DNA of 38,067 bases from Methanothrix sp. (GTDB lineage Archaea; Halobacteriota; Methanosarcinia; Methanotrichales; Methanotrichaceae), in assembly GCA_041548445.1 (NCBI GenBank), contig JBFESM010000001.1, positions 1 to 38,067 of the forward strand, given 5' to 3'. Made by a program: the position numbers and the translations under genes. The number at the start of each line of letters is the position of its first letter. Positions within the stretch are counted from its first letter, which is position 1. Shown piece after piece: positions 19,327 through 27,409 of this stretch. The notes under the pieces are model-generated. The model was not told the origin of the DNA. It saw nothing but the letters and a program-made list of their open reading frames with translations, and ran no database searches.

Positions 19327-19722
19327 ATGAGTGAAGATATGAATGGAGATTTGACAATCGATGGGAAGGGCATTATAGCTGAAATAGCTGGAAGGATCAG
19401 ATGGACCGCCCAGGGATGGCCCGTGCCGGAAGGTCGAGAGGATGACCGGGCGCTTCAGAAGTGTTACTCTTGGCTTGCGGTGCAGGATCTTCCTCTTGCG
19501 GTGGTGCCTGAGAACGATTCCGAGTTCGACGAGTTTGTATCTTCGAACATCTTCCTGAAGATCTGCTTGGACGGCCGAGACCTCAACGATCTTGGTTTCG
19601 TCACCAGAGAGTACGTTGAAACATTCGGTCGGAGATCAAACGTGAACTTCGTTCCTGCCGCCTTTGGAGCGAAAAAAATGCTCTCACGGCTGAAGGCCTT
19701 CAACTTCTCCACAGAAGGATAA
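19327..19722 (+). CDS. Hypothetical protein (131 aa)
   Basis: ATG start, plausible globular composition, no recognised family motif. Confidence 0.6.
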   Translation: MSEDMNGDLTIDGKGIIAEIAGRIRWTAQGWPVPEGREDDRALQKCYSWLAVQDLPLAVVPENDSEFDEFVSSNIFLKICLDGRDLNDLGFVTREYVETFGRRSNVNFVPAAFGAKKMLSRLKAFNFSTEG

Positions 19723-19876
19723 CAGCGAGGCAGCGAGGTCCGGATTCTCTGATCCCGATCTCCGATCTTGATCTCCAAAACCTAAAACGGCCTGTCGTCT
19801 GAGCGCCTTAAGCCTCTTTTACGCCGCGATCGATTTGACAACCGTTTTGTGACCAAACTCGCCCTCTTCGATTTGA

Positions 19877-20308
19877 TCAACAACCGCCTTTCAGAAAGGG
19901 CAGAGGGTCTCTTTTCCTGTAGACCAGGGCCTGGCAGATGGCGATGAGATCGCCCTTATCGGTTTTGACCTGGATGCTGTAGGTCGCAACCCTGTTTGAC
20001 TTGCTGACCTCCTTTCCTTCCGCCAGAAGCCTGTCGCCCTTCTTCGGAGAGCTGACGTAGGTGACGCTCATGCTGAGGGCCACCGAGACCGTGCCGTGGG
20101 AGTTGGAGGCGACCTCGAAGGCCTCGTCGATCAGGGAGAATATGGCCCCGCCGTGGGCCATCCCGAAGACGTTCTCCATATCCTCGGTGAACGTCATCTC
20201 CACCAGAGAATAGCCGCTATCCACCTCGACCAGCACAAGCCCCATCTTCTTTGCGTAGGGCTCCTCTTCGACCCTCTTTCGGATCGCCTCAAATATCTCC
20301 TCGCCCAT
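19877..20308 (-). CDS. PaaI-family hotdog-fold acyl-CoA thioesterase
   Basis: NVFGMAHGGAIFSLID-A-ASNS motif. Confidence 0.92.
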   Translation of the reverse strand: MGEEIFEAIRKRVEEEPYAKKMGLVLVEVDSGYSLVEMTFTEDMENVFGMAHGGAIFSLIDEAFEVASNSHGTVSVALSMSVTYVSSPKKGDRLLAEGKEVSKSNRVATYSIQVKTDKGDLIAICQALVYRKRDPLPFLKGGC

Positions 20309-20363
20309 CAATCAGCATCTCCCAACAATCGCTATCGTCGTCTGAACTTACGATCTGAGCTTC

Positions 20364-20903
20364 TCAAAGCAGAAGGTCGTACCTGACCTCGGTGACGACG
20401 CTCCCCCAAATCTCGGAGGTCTTCTCCTCGGTCTTCTCAAAGCCCAGGGATTCGTAGAGGCTCGTTGCGGCCTCAAGACCCCGGACCGTCCAGAGGAAGA
20501 CGGATGAGTACCCGGCAGATCGGGAGAAGTCCAGCGCCACCTCCACGAGCCCTCGACCAATGCCAAGCCCTCTCACCCCCGGGTCCAAAAGGAGCCACCG
20601 GAGCTGAGCGTCGCTCTCGGAGAAGTTCACTATGGCGACGGACCCGACGATCCGTCCCGCCTTCCCTCCTCCCTCCTCGGCCCCCTCTGCCAATTCGACG
20701 ATCCAGATCCGATCGCGAGGCGAGCTGGACTTGACGAACTCGGCCAGGGGCCCCGCGACGTAGGCGTCAAAGGTGTGGTCCCACCCCTGCTCCTCGGCAT
20801 AAACGACCCCGTGCAGGTGGACCACCTGCCCGATGTCGCCGGGGCGGAGGTCGGTTCGGATCGAGATCGAACCGCCATGGTTCTCAGAGAGCTTCGCTTT
20901 CAT
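20364..20903 (-). CDS. GNAT family N-acetyltransferase
   Basis: AQLRWLLLDPGVRGLGIGRGL (motif A), LWT, LYESLGF. Confidence 0.92.
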   Translation of the reverse strand: MKAKLSENHGGSISIRTDLRPGDIGQVVHLHGVVYAEEQGWDHTFDAYVAGPLAEFVKSSSPRDRIWIVELAEGAEEGGGKAGRIVGSVAIVNFSESDAQLRWLLLDPGVRGLGIGRGLVEVALDFSRSAGYSSVFLWTVRGLEAATSLYESLGFEKTEEKTSEIWGSVVTEVRYDLLL

Positions 20904-21013
20904 GTTCCGGCTCTTCCTAGTGTCTCAACATATTTCTAAATTGCCTCGTCCTTCCGCAGACGTTTAGCTATTTGGCGGTTAGCTTTTAGCCCTAGACCGG
21001 CAAAGGTCTTGAG

Positions 21014-21382
21014 ATGGTTCCAGAGAAGAGGGGTCAAGAGGAGGGATCTGAGGTCCGGTCCGGAGGAGAAACGGAGATTGATCCCGCCGAAAGCGGCAGA
21101 GAGGAGCCGAGGTGGTGGGAGTCGGCCGAGGACCACAGGTTCGCCCTGGAGGTCCTCCAGCTCAAGGAGAGGAGAGACATTTTGAAGTTCATCAGCGAGG
21201 GCGTCGTGTCGGCGGAGGAGGTCGCCACAGAGTTTGGAATCCATGAAAGGCGGGCGGCCTTCCACCTCGCGATGCTGGAGAGGGCCCTGGTGATCGAGCC
21301 CGTCACCGGAGGCTACAGGTCCACGCCCACAGGCCTGCTCTATCTCAAGAATGTCGAAGCCTCGTACCCTGGAAAATTTTAA
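21014..21382 (+). CDS. Winged helix-turn-helix (ArsR-like) protein
   Basis: RRDILKFI, SAEEVATEFGI, AAFHLAMLERALVI, YRSTPTG. Confidence 0.75.
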   Translation: MVPEKRGQEEGSEVRSGGETEIDPAESGREEPRWWESAEDHRFALEVLQLKERRDILKFISEGVVSAEEVATEFGIHERRAAFHLAMLERALVIEPVTGGYRSTPTGLLYLKNVEASYPGKF

Positions 21383-21434
21383 ACGATATGAAGTCCATAG
21401 AATCTTGGGTATATCTTCTGGCAGGTGAGCGATT

Positions 21435-22826
21435 TTGAGAACAATCTTGCTGTTGGGGCTCGCTTTGGCGGTGGGCCTGGCGTTGACATCGGGGACGGGC
21501 CTTGGGGCGGATCTCGTCATGGAAAAGAGCCCAGGCCTTCTAAAAACTCCCCTGGACACATCCATCAGATCGGGGCTCAGCTTAGCTGAGCCAATTGAGG
21601 CGGCCGAAGAGCAGGAAGAAAGTTATTTCCTTGTCGGAAGCCTGGATGATATCAAGGCGGTCGTAGCGACTGACGCTGGCGAGCAGCAGACCAGCTTCAA
21701 GGGCGAGATCGCCTTCGAAGCCGAGCCTGATGAGCGGGGCGATCTCAGCCTGGTTCTGACCAGGCTCAACCTGGTATCGAGCGGGGTCGCCACAGAGAAG
21801 GGCGACTCGGGGGTCATCGGCCTTGACCTCGTCGCCCAGGGTGACGAGCCTGAGTACACGGCCTCCTACGATTCACGAACCGGCCAGTTCTCGGTCGAGT
21901 TCGAGTCCACCCTCCACTACGCCCAGATCGACGAGATCAAGGGCTACATCCCCAGCAAATCCGAGGAGGGCGACCTATTCTTCTCCTACACCGAATCGAT
22001 GGGGGGCAAAATCGATGGGAGGCTTCCAGAGGCGATGAAGGCGGCGGACGAGGGCGAGGTCACCATGAACGCCGAGATTCGGCTGGAGCTTGAAAGCTCC
22101 GTCGTAGGATCGCTCCGGAGCATGGTGGTCTACCTCGACATCACCAAGCTTCGGTGGTACTTGGAGACGAGCCCCACCGAGATCCTGCTGGTCCAGCCGG
22201 TCTTCATAGGGTCGGGCCCTTCGGACCCTTCGGCCACGGGGACCGTCTACAACACCCTTCTGGACCGATCGGCCGAGGTCTGGGATCGTTGCGGAACCGT
22301 CCGTTGCATCGCGATCCGGTCCAGGACCCCGGTCTACGTCAACAACAACGCCTACCGGGTGCTGAACAGCGAGGCGGAGGCCGCAAACCTCCGGGCGGAG
22401 GTCAACGTCGCTGACGCTGTGGAGGTCTTCGTGGTGGAGCGGTGGGACCCACACTATGACGGTGGCGGAGCATGCTGGAGCAGCGGGACCGCCTCTGCCA
22501 AGATCGTGACCTGCGATCAGCAGCTGGCGGTGCCATGTCCGATGCCCGCTGGGCTTTGGGGATGTTCTGTCGGCGCGGGAGGCACTTGTGGCGCCGTCAA
22601 CTACTACCATCTCGCCCACGAGCTCGGCCATGCCTTGAACCTCCTCCATCCGGGCGAGTATCGGTGGGGGATGGTGGCCGGATCGTCGGGCTCGATCATG
22701 GAGCCGAGCGGCTTCTGTCGCGACAATCCCAACGTTCAGAGCGCCAAGAACTGCCGGAGCGCCTCAAGTCCGCTTCTGTATTCGGGAAGGGCAACCTGCA
22801 CTGGAAGCCCAGACCTCATGGACTGA
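21435..22826 (+). CDS. Secreted metzincin zinc metalloprotease (ulilysin/pappalysin M43-like)
   Basis: N-terminal signal peptide, HELGHALNLLH zinc motif, Met-turn SIMEP, Cys-rich C-terminal half; TTG start after AGGTGA SD. Confidence 0.8.
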   Translation: MRTILLLGLALAVGLALTSGTGLGADLVMEKSPGLLKTPLDTSIRSGLSLAEPIEAAEEQEESYFLVGSLDDIKAVVATDAGEQQTSFKGEIAFEAEPDERGDLSLVLTRLNLVSSGVATEKGDSGVIGLDLVAQGDEPEYTASYDSRTGQFSVEFESTLHYAQIDEIKGYIPSKSEEGDLFFSYTESMGGKIDGRLPEAMKAADEGEVTMNAEIRLELESSVVGSLRSMVVYLDITKLRWYLETSPTEILLVQPVFIGSGPSDPSATGTVYNTLLDRSAEVWDRCGTVRCIAIRSRTPVYVNNNAYRVLNSEAEAANLRAEVNVADAVEVFVVERWDPHYDGGGACWSSGTASAKIVTCDQQLAVPCPMPAGLWGCSVGAGGTCGAVNYYHLAHELGHALNLLHPGEYRWGMVAGSSGSIMEPSGFCRDNPNVQSAKNCRSASSPLLYSGRATCTGSPDLMD

Positions 22827-22835
22827 AGTCCCAGA

Positions 22836-22875
22836 AGCTGCCCCCCCGCGGGCAGCTCCTCGATCATTTTTGTTG
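22836..22875 (+). terminator. Hairpin plus T tract after the protease gene
   Basis: agctgccc (22836-22843) pairs with gggcagct (22850-22857), then tttttt. Confidence 0.5.
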
Positions 22876-22922
22876 TGAATCTTCGTTTGCAGAACATCTG
22901 TCGGTAGAATTACTCTTGAAGT

Positions 22923-23144
22923 TTAATCCCTCAGAACCCCCGTCCATCCCGTCCCGCCGCAGGCGGGACACCCCCTGATGCATAGCCTTCCTGCCCCATT
23001 GCAGAGGGTGCACCTTTTTGCGGGGGTGGCCACCATCACCTCTCCTTTGCCACCGCAGGCCGGGCAGCGCCTTCCGTCAGATTCGCCTGTGCCTTTGCAG
23101 AAGGCGCAGATCTCGGGAGCGGAATTAGTCGGTGACGCGGACAT
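22923..23144 (-). CDS. Stand-alone DnaJ-type zinc finger protein (4 x CxxCxGxG)
   Basis: CAFCKGTG, CPACGGKG, CTLCNGAG, CPACGGTG in 73 aa; no J domain. Confidence 0.8.
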   Translation of the reverse strand: MSASPTNSAPEICAFCKGTGESDGRRCPACGGKGEVMVATPAKRCTLCNGAGRLCIRGCPACGGTGWTGVLRD

Positions 23145-23162
23145 GCGTTGGTATATTTAGTG

Positions 23163-23200
23163 TATGATATATGATAGAATATGATAGGCCTATGATAGGC
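23163..23200. repeat. Four TATGATA direct repeats upstream of the zinc-finger gene
   Basis: ATGATA cores at 23164, 23171, 23181 and 23192; the last two extend to TATGATAGGC. Confidence 0.6.
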
Positions 23201-23244
23201 TTCCACCTTCCGAGTCAGAGCCCACCGTCATGTAGCAATTAAAC

Positions 23245-23258
23245 CGAAAAGCTTATTA
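23245..23258 (+). promoter_or_regulatory. Putative BRE/TATA promoter with no downstream + strand CDS
   Basis: CGAAAAG-C-TTATTA. Confidence 0.45.
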
Positions 23259-23279
23259 CTAAATATGATCCTAGCATGC

Positions 23280-23516
23280 AATGCCGCACTAGGGCAGTGA
23301 GATCCTGACCTCCACCGCATGAAGTCCGTGCCGAAACTGTGCCCATTTCGACAGAAAGGGGGCCCGAACGTTGAGCGACGTTCGGGCCCGCTCTCCCGCT
23401 TTCAACGATCGTTAATAATGCGTTCGGCTGTCGGATCTGGCCCAATTTCGCGATGGTGAGAAGGGCGAGATAAACTGTCAACTAAAAAGACCGTCTTATC
23501 CTCCGTTTTTTTCTTT
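23280..23516 (+). ncRNA. Candidate structured non-coding RNA (family not recognised)
   Basis: Promoter-like motif upstream, T tract at 23506-23516, perfect 12-bp hairpin 23360-23371/23378-23389, and long-range pairing 23292-23309/23430-23443. Confidence 0.4.
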
Positions 23517-23531
23517 ATCCGGCGTCAGCCG

Positions 23532-24155
23532 TCAGCCCCTTCTGCCGTACCTGATCGCGAGGAATATCCTCTGAACGGCGGTCAGGTTCGATAAAATCGC
23601 AGCGATAACGATCGCCCCCACCAGCCAGCCGTTACCGAAGAGGAGGGCGCCGATCATCCCGGCGTAGATCAGGATAAGCCTCTCAGCCCTCTCGAGAAGC
23701 CCTCCCATGCCTTTCGCCAAGACCTCCTGGTCCTTGACCAGTCCTCGGTGGTCGGCGTAGGCCCGGACGAAAGAGGTCATCACCGCCCCGAAGATGAGGA
23801 TCGCAATCCAGGCGCTGATTGGGATGAAAAAGCTGGTTTCAGGGCCGATATAAAAGAGGAGGCCGAGGATGAGGAGGGCCTCGACGTACCTGTCGAGTAC
23901 CCCGTCCAGAAAGGCTCCGGCCGCCGAGGTTTGGCCAGTCGCCCTCGCCACGGCACCGTCCACCATGTCCAGGACCCCCGAGAGTAGGAAGAGAAGGAAG
24001 CCGAGAAGGAGCCTTTGGCCCCAGAGGGCGAAAAAACCCCCGAAGGCGACCGCCAGAGCGAGGGCGGTCCAGGCGTTGGGGGAGAGGCCAAGACGGGCGA
24101 GGCCTGCCAGAGATCTGTCCACCTTCTTTCCGTCCACCAGACGGGACTTGAGCAT
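23532..24155 (-). CDS. CDP-alcohol phosphatidyltransferase (archaetidylinositol-phosphate synthase / PgsA-like)
   Basis: SPNAWT, DMVDGAVAR-GAFLDGVLDR motif, SFVRA, GLLERAER. Confidence 0.93.
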   Translation of the reverse strand: MLKSRLVDGKKVDRSLAGLARLGLSPNAWTALALAVAFGGFFALWGQRLLLGFLLFLLSGVLDMVDGAVARATGQTSAAGAFLDGVLDRYVEALLILGLLFYIGPETSFFIPISAWIAILIFGAVMTSFVRAYADHRGLVKDQEVLAKGMGGLLERAERLILIYAGMIGALLFGNGWLVGAIVIAAILSNLTAVQRIFLAIRYGRRG

Positions 24156-24215
24156 CGAGGTCGGAGACGAAAAGAAGGTATTAAACCCTTTTGTCCTGCC
24201 CTGCCCGGTTTTGTG

Positions 24216-25445
24216 TCAAGCTCCCAGGTCCGCCAGGAACCGCTCGATCCTGTCGACCGCCTCCAGGATCTCCTCTCTCGACGTGGCGTAAGAGCAGCGA
24301 AGGAAACCCTCACCGCTCTCGCCGAAGGCGTTTCCGGGAACTGCTGCCACCTACTGCTCTTTTAAGAGCTGCTCTGCAAACTCCTCGGAGGAGAGGCCCG
24401 TCCCCTCGATGGAGGGGAAGGCGTAGAAGGCGCCCTTCGGCTCAAAGCAGGGCAGGCCGAGCCTCTCCAGCTCCGAGACGAATAGTCTCCTCCTTCGATC
24501 GTACTCCCGCTTCATAGCCTTCACCTCCTTCTCGCCACGGCGGAGGGCCTCCACCGCTGCCACCTGGGCCATCGTGGGGGCGCAGAGCATCGTGTACTGG
24601 TGGACCTTGGTCATGGCACCGATGACCTCGGGGTCTCCGAGGGCGTAGCCCACCCTCCACCCGGTCATGGCGCAGGACTTGGACATCCCGTTCAACAGGA
24701 CGGTCCTCTCTTGCATCCCCTCCAGCTGGGCGAAGCTTGCGTGTTTTCCGTCGTAGGTGAGCTTGTCGTAGACCTCGTCAGAGATCACCAGAAGGTCGTT
24801 TTCCACCACCAGGTCCGCGATCTCCTCCAGGTCATCGCGGGTCATGATCGCGCCCGTGGGGTTGTTGGGATAGCTCAAAACCAGGGCCTTCGTCTTCTCG
24901 TTGATGACGTCCCGGAAGTCCTCGGGCCGCAGCTTGAACTCTTCGGAGAGCCTCGTGGCGACCGGCCTTGGAACGCCTCCGGCGAGGAGGACGTCGGGAA
25001 CGTAGGCGACGTAGCATGGTTGGGGGACGATCACCTCGTCTCCCGGATTCAAAGTCGCCCTGAAGGCGAGGTCGACTGCCTCGGAGACGCCGGTGGTGAT
25101 CAAAATCTCCTCTTCGGGATCGTAGTCGAGGGCCAGGTCCTTCGCCGTCGATTCCGCCAAGATCTCCCTCAGCTCAGGAAGGCCCTTGTTTGAGGTGTAA
25201 GATGTGTGGCCGCCCTCAAGGGAGTAGATGCAGGCCTCCCTGATGTGCCAGGGGGTTGGAAAGTCGGGTTCCCCTACGCCGAGGCTGATAACGTCCTCCA
25301 TCCCCACGACGATGTCGAAGAACTTCCTGATCCCCGAAGGGGGCATATCCCTGACCGTTGTTGAGAGGTGGGACTGTGGCCTCCATAGAGCGGGGTTCTC
25401 CATCGCGAGCTTCTTGTTTTTCGCGCCGATCTCGCTATTATTCAT
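24216..25445 (-). CDS. PLP-dependent class I/II aminotransferase with an in-frame TAG at 24351-24353 (pseudogene, sequence error or readthrough)
   Basis: LGVGEPDF, YPNNPTG, SDEVY, SKSCAMTGWRVG (PLP Lys). The frame continues past the TAG as VAAVPGNAFGESGEGFLRCSYATSREEILEAVDRIERFLADLGA to TGA at 24216-24218. Confidence 0.9.
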
Positions 25446-25933
25446 GCGGTGACCACCAATCTCTTGGGCTGGGTCCTGTCGTAGAGGATGACCCCGTGCT
25501 CCTTGTAGCTTTTGAGGACGAAATGGGTGCAGGTGGACTCGACCCCCTCGAGGGTTGCGATCTTCTCGGTGACGAAGAAGGCGACGTTCTTCATCGACTT
25601 GCCCCTGACGGTGAAGGATATGTCGTGGTCGCCCGATATCAGCCTCACCGACTGGACTTCGGAGAAACGGGCGATCCTCTCGGCGATGGCGTCGTAGCCC
25701 TTGTCCCGCTGGAGAGATACCTTCAGCTCGATCATGGCGTAGACGTAGCCATCATCGATCTTCTCCCAGTTGATCATGGTCATGTACTTCCTTATGACCC
25801 CCGACTCCTCCAGGCTCTTGATCTCTGCTGCGACCTCCTCCTCTGAACGGCCCAGCAGGGTTGCGATCTCCCCTGGGGTGGCCCTGGCGTTCTCCTCCAG
25901 CACCTCTAAGATCTCCTTGGCGAAGTCCCTCAT
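25442..25933 (-). CDS. Lrp/AsnC family transcriptional regulator
   Basis: N-terminal HTH (ILEVLEENAR, LEESGVI) and RAM domain (ISGDHD, STCTHFVLK). Overlaps the aminotransferase start (ATGA). Confidence 0.93.
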   Translation of the reverse strand: MRDFAKEILEVLEENARATPGEIATLLGRSEEEVAAEIKSLEESGVIRKYMTMINWEKIDDGYVYAMIELKVSLQRDKGYDAIAERIARFSEVQSVRLISGDHDISFTVRGKSMKNVAFFVTEKIATLEGVESTCTHFVLKSYKEHGVILYDRTQPKRLVVTA

Positions 25934-25977
25934 AGATCCTCCCGTTTCGATCTGTTAGGGATTATAGTTTTCCTTCC

Positions 25978-26313
25978 TCACCACCAGTCTCTGATGAGCA
26001 TCTCGAAGAAGGACTCGTTCCACGTGGCGTTGACGCTGAAAGGAACCGGGTCCACGGAACCGGTGAGGTTTACGAAATCGCGGAACATGCTATCGTTTCT
26101 CATGAGATGATAGAGGGGCGGGTCTGCCCTGGCAGAGTATCTGGTCTGGTTGAATATACCATCCCCCGCCGATCGGTTCACAAACCCGATCTCTTCGCCG
26201 GCCAGGAGCGTCTCCAGCTCGTCCAGGTCGCCGGTGAAGTTGAGGGCGAGAGGGTCCACAGCGGCCGATGCCGCCGCCACGGTCGAGAAGAGCAGGAAGA
26301 ATATCAGACGCAC
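25978..26313 (-). CDS. Small secreted hypothetical protein, sequon-rich
   Basis: Signal peptide MRLIFFLLFSTVAAASA, GGAGG SD, GTG start; all 7 Asn lie in N-x-S/T sequons. Confidence 0.75.
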   Translation of the reverse strand: MRLIFFLLFSTVAAASAAVDPLALNFTGDLDELETLLAGEEIGFVNRSAGDGIFNQTRYSARADPPLYHLMRNDSMFRDFVNLTGSVDPVPFSVNATWNESFFEMLIRDWW

Positions 26314-26348
26314 TTTCTGCCTCCGAAATATATAGAATTTTGGATTTA

Positions 26349-26422
26349 AGCCCCGGGCGTGATTCGAACACGCGACCTAGTGATTACAAGTCACTCGCTC
26401 TAGCCAGCTGAGCCACCGAGGC
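26349..26422 (-). tRNA. tRNA-Thr(TGT)
   Basis: GCCTCGG/CCGGGGC acceptor stem, T discriminator; anticodon arm AGTGA-CTTGTAA-TCACT; TTCGAAT T loop. Confidence 0.96.
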
Positions 26423-26450
26423 CCGTTTGCACCCGTTCCATCCTCAACAT

Positions 26451-27368
26451 TTAAAGACTTTGCTCCGCCCGGACCCGGTCCAGCAGTTTGCAGCTGGCGC
26501 AGATCCCGTCGCTGGACGGCTCGCCGCACCGGTTGCATGGGATGACCTCGTAAGAGCCTGGTGGCTGGAGCTCGATGATTTTGTCAAAGCCCCTCATGAT
26601 CGAGTACTTGGTTCCAGGGTGCTTCGCCTCGATCTCGTTCAAGAGGTCTTTTACCTCCTGCCTCACGGCCCTCGATATGTAGGGGCAGGCCGATGTGTCG
26701 ATGGGAACTCCGTGGGTTATGGCGTAGATGCCCATCTCCTTCTCGGGAACGCGTCGGAGCGGCTTGATCCTCGGCACCATGCCCGCAAGAGCCCTCTTCG
26801 GCCTGAGCCTGTAGAGCCGGTCGACGTCCCCTTTCAGGTAGTTGAGCATCACCGTCTGGGCCTCGTCGTCCAGGTTGTGGCCGGTGGCAACGGCATCCGC
26901 GCCCAGGCCCCGTGCCGTTTTGTTGAGAAGGCCCTTCCGGAGGACGCCGCAGAAGCTGCATGGCCCCTGGGAGTGGTCCTGGGAGGCCATGAGGTCTGTG
27001 GTGACGCCGAAGTTATCCTCGAGCCTCTCGACGACGTGCTCGATTCCAAGCCGCTTTGCAACGGCAGCCGCAGCCAAAAGCGTCTTCGGCCTGTACCCAT
27101 CGATCCCCTCATCGATGGAGAGGGCCAAAAGCTCCACGTCCTCCCTGTAGGAGAATAGGGAATGGAGGATCATGAGAAGGGAGGTGCTGTCTTTGCCGCC
27201 GGAGACGGCCACCGCTATCCTGCAGGGTTTCCCGAAGATCCTGTAGGTCCGGAGGACCTCCTTCACCTTCCTGTGGACGTCCTCCTCGAAGTGCTGGGCG
27301 CAGAGGTGCTTTCCCGAGTACTTCTGAAATATCACGGCCCGCCCCGAGCACCTGTCACATGGGATCAT
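26451..27368 (-). CDS. ncsA: tRNA 2-thiolation protein NcsA/TtuA/Ncs6 (TIGR00269-like)
   Basis: N- and C-terminal CxxC zinc fingers, PP-loop SGGKDS, PCSFCGVLR, ATGHNLDD, CPY. Confidence 0.9.
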   Translation of the reverse strand: MIPCDRCSGRAVIFQKYSGKHLCAQHFEEDVHRKVKEVLRTYRIFGKPCRIAVAVSGGKDSTSLLMILHSLFSYREDVELLALSIDEGIDGYRPKTLLAAAAVAKRLGIEHVVERLEDNFGVTTDLMASQDHSQGPCSFCGVLRKGLLNKTARGLGADAVATGHNLDDEAQTVMLNYLKGDVDRLYRLRPKRALAGMVPRIKPLRRVPEKEMGIYAITHGVPIDTSACPYISRAVRQEVKDLLNEIEAKHPGTKYSIMRGFDKIIELQPPGSYEVIPCNRCGEPSSDGICASCKLLDRVRAEQSL

Positions 27369-27409
27369 CGTACCGACCGGGATCGTATGGGATATAAGAA
27401 CCTATCCCG

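Noticed and set aside
23239-23481. 80-aa - strand ORF; also SRP RNA, RNase P RNA, hammerhead or cobalamin riboswitch identity for this region
   Set aside because: TTG start without SD and no protein motif. The SRP helix-8 motif, RNase P GAGGAAAGUCC, hammerhead CUGANGA and B12 box are all absent.
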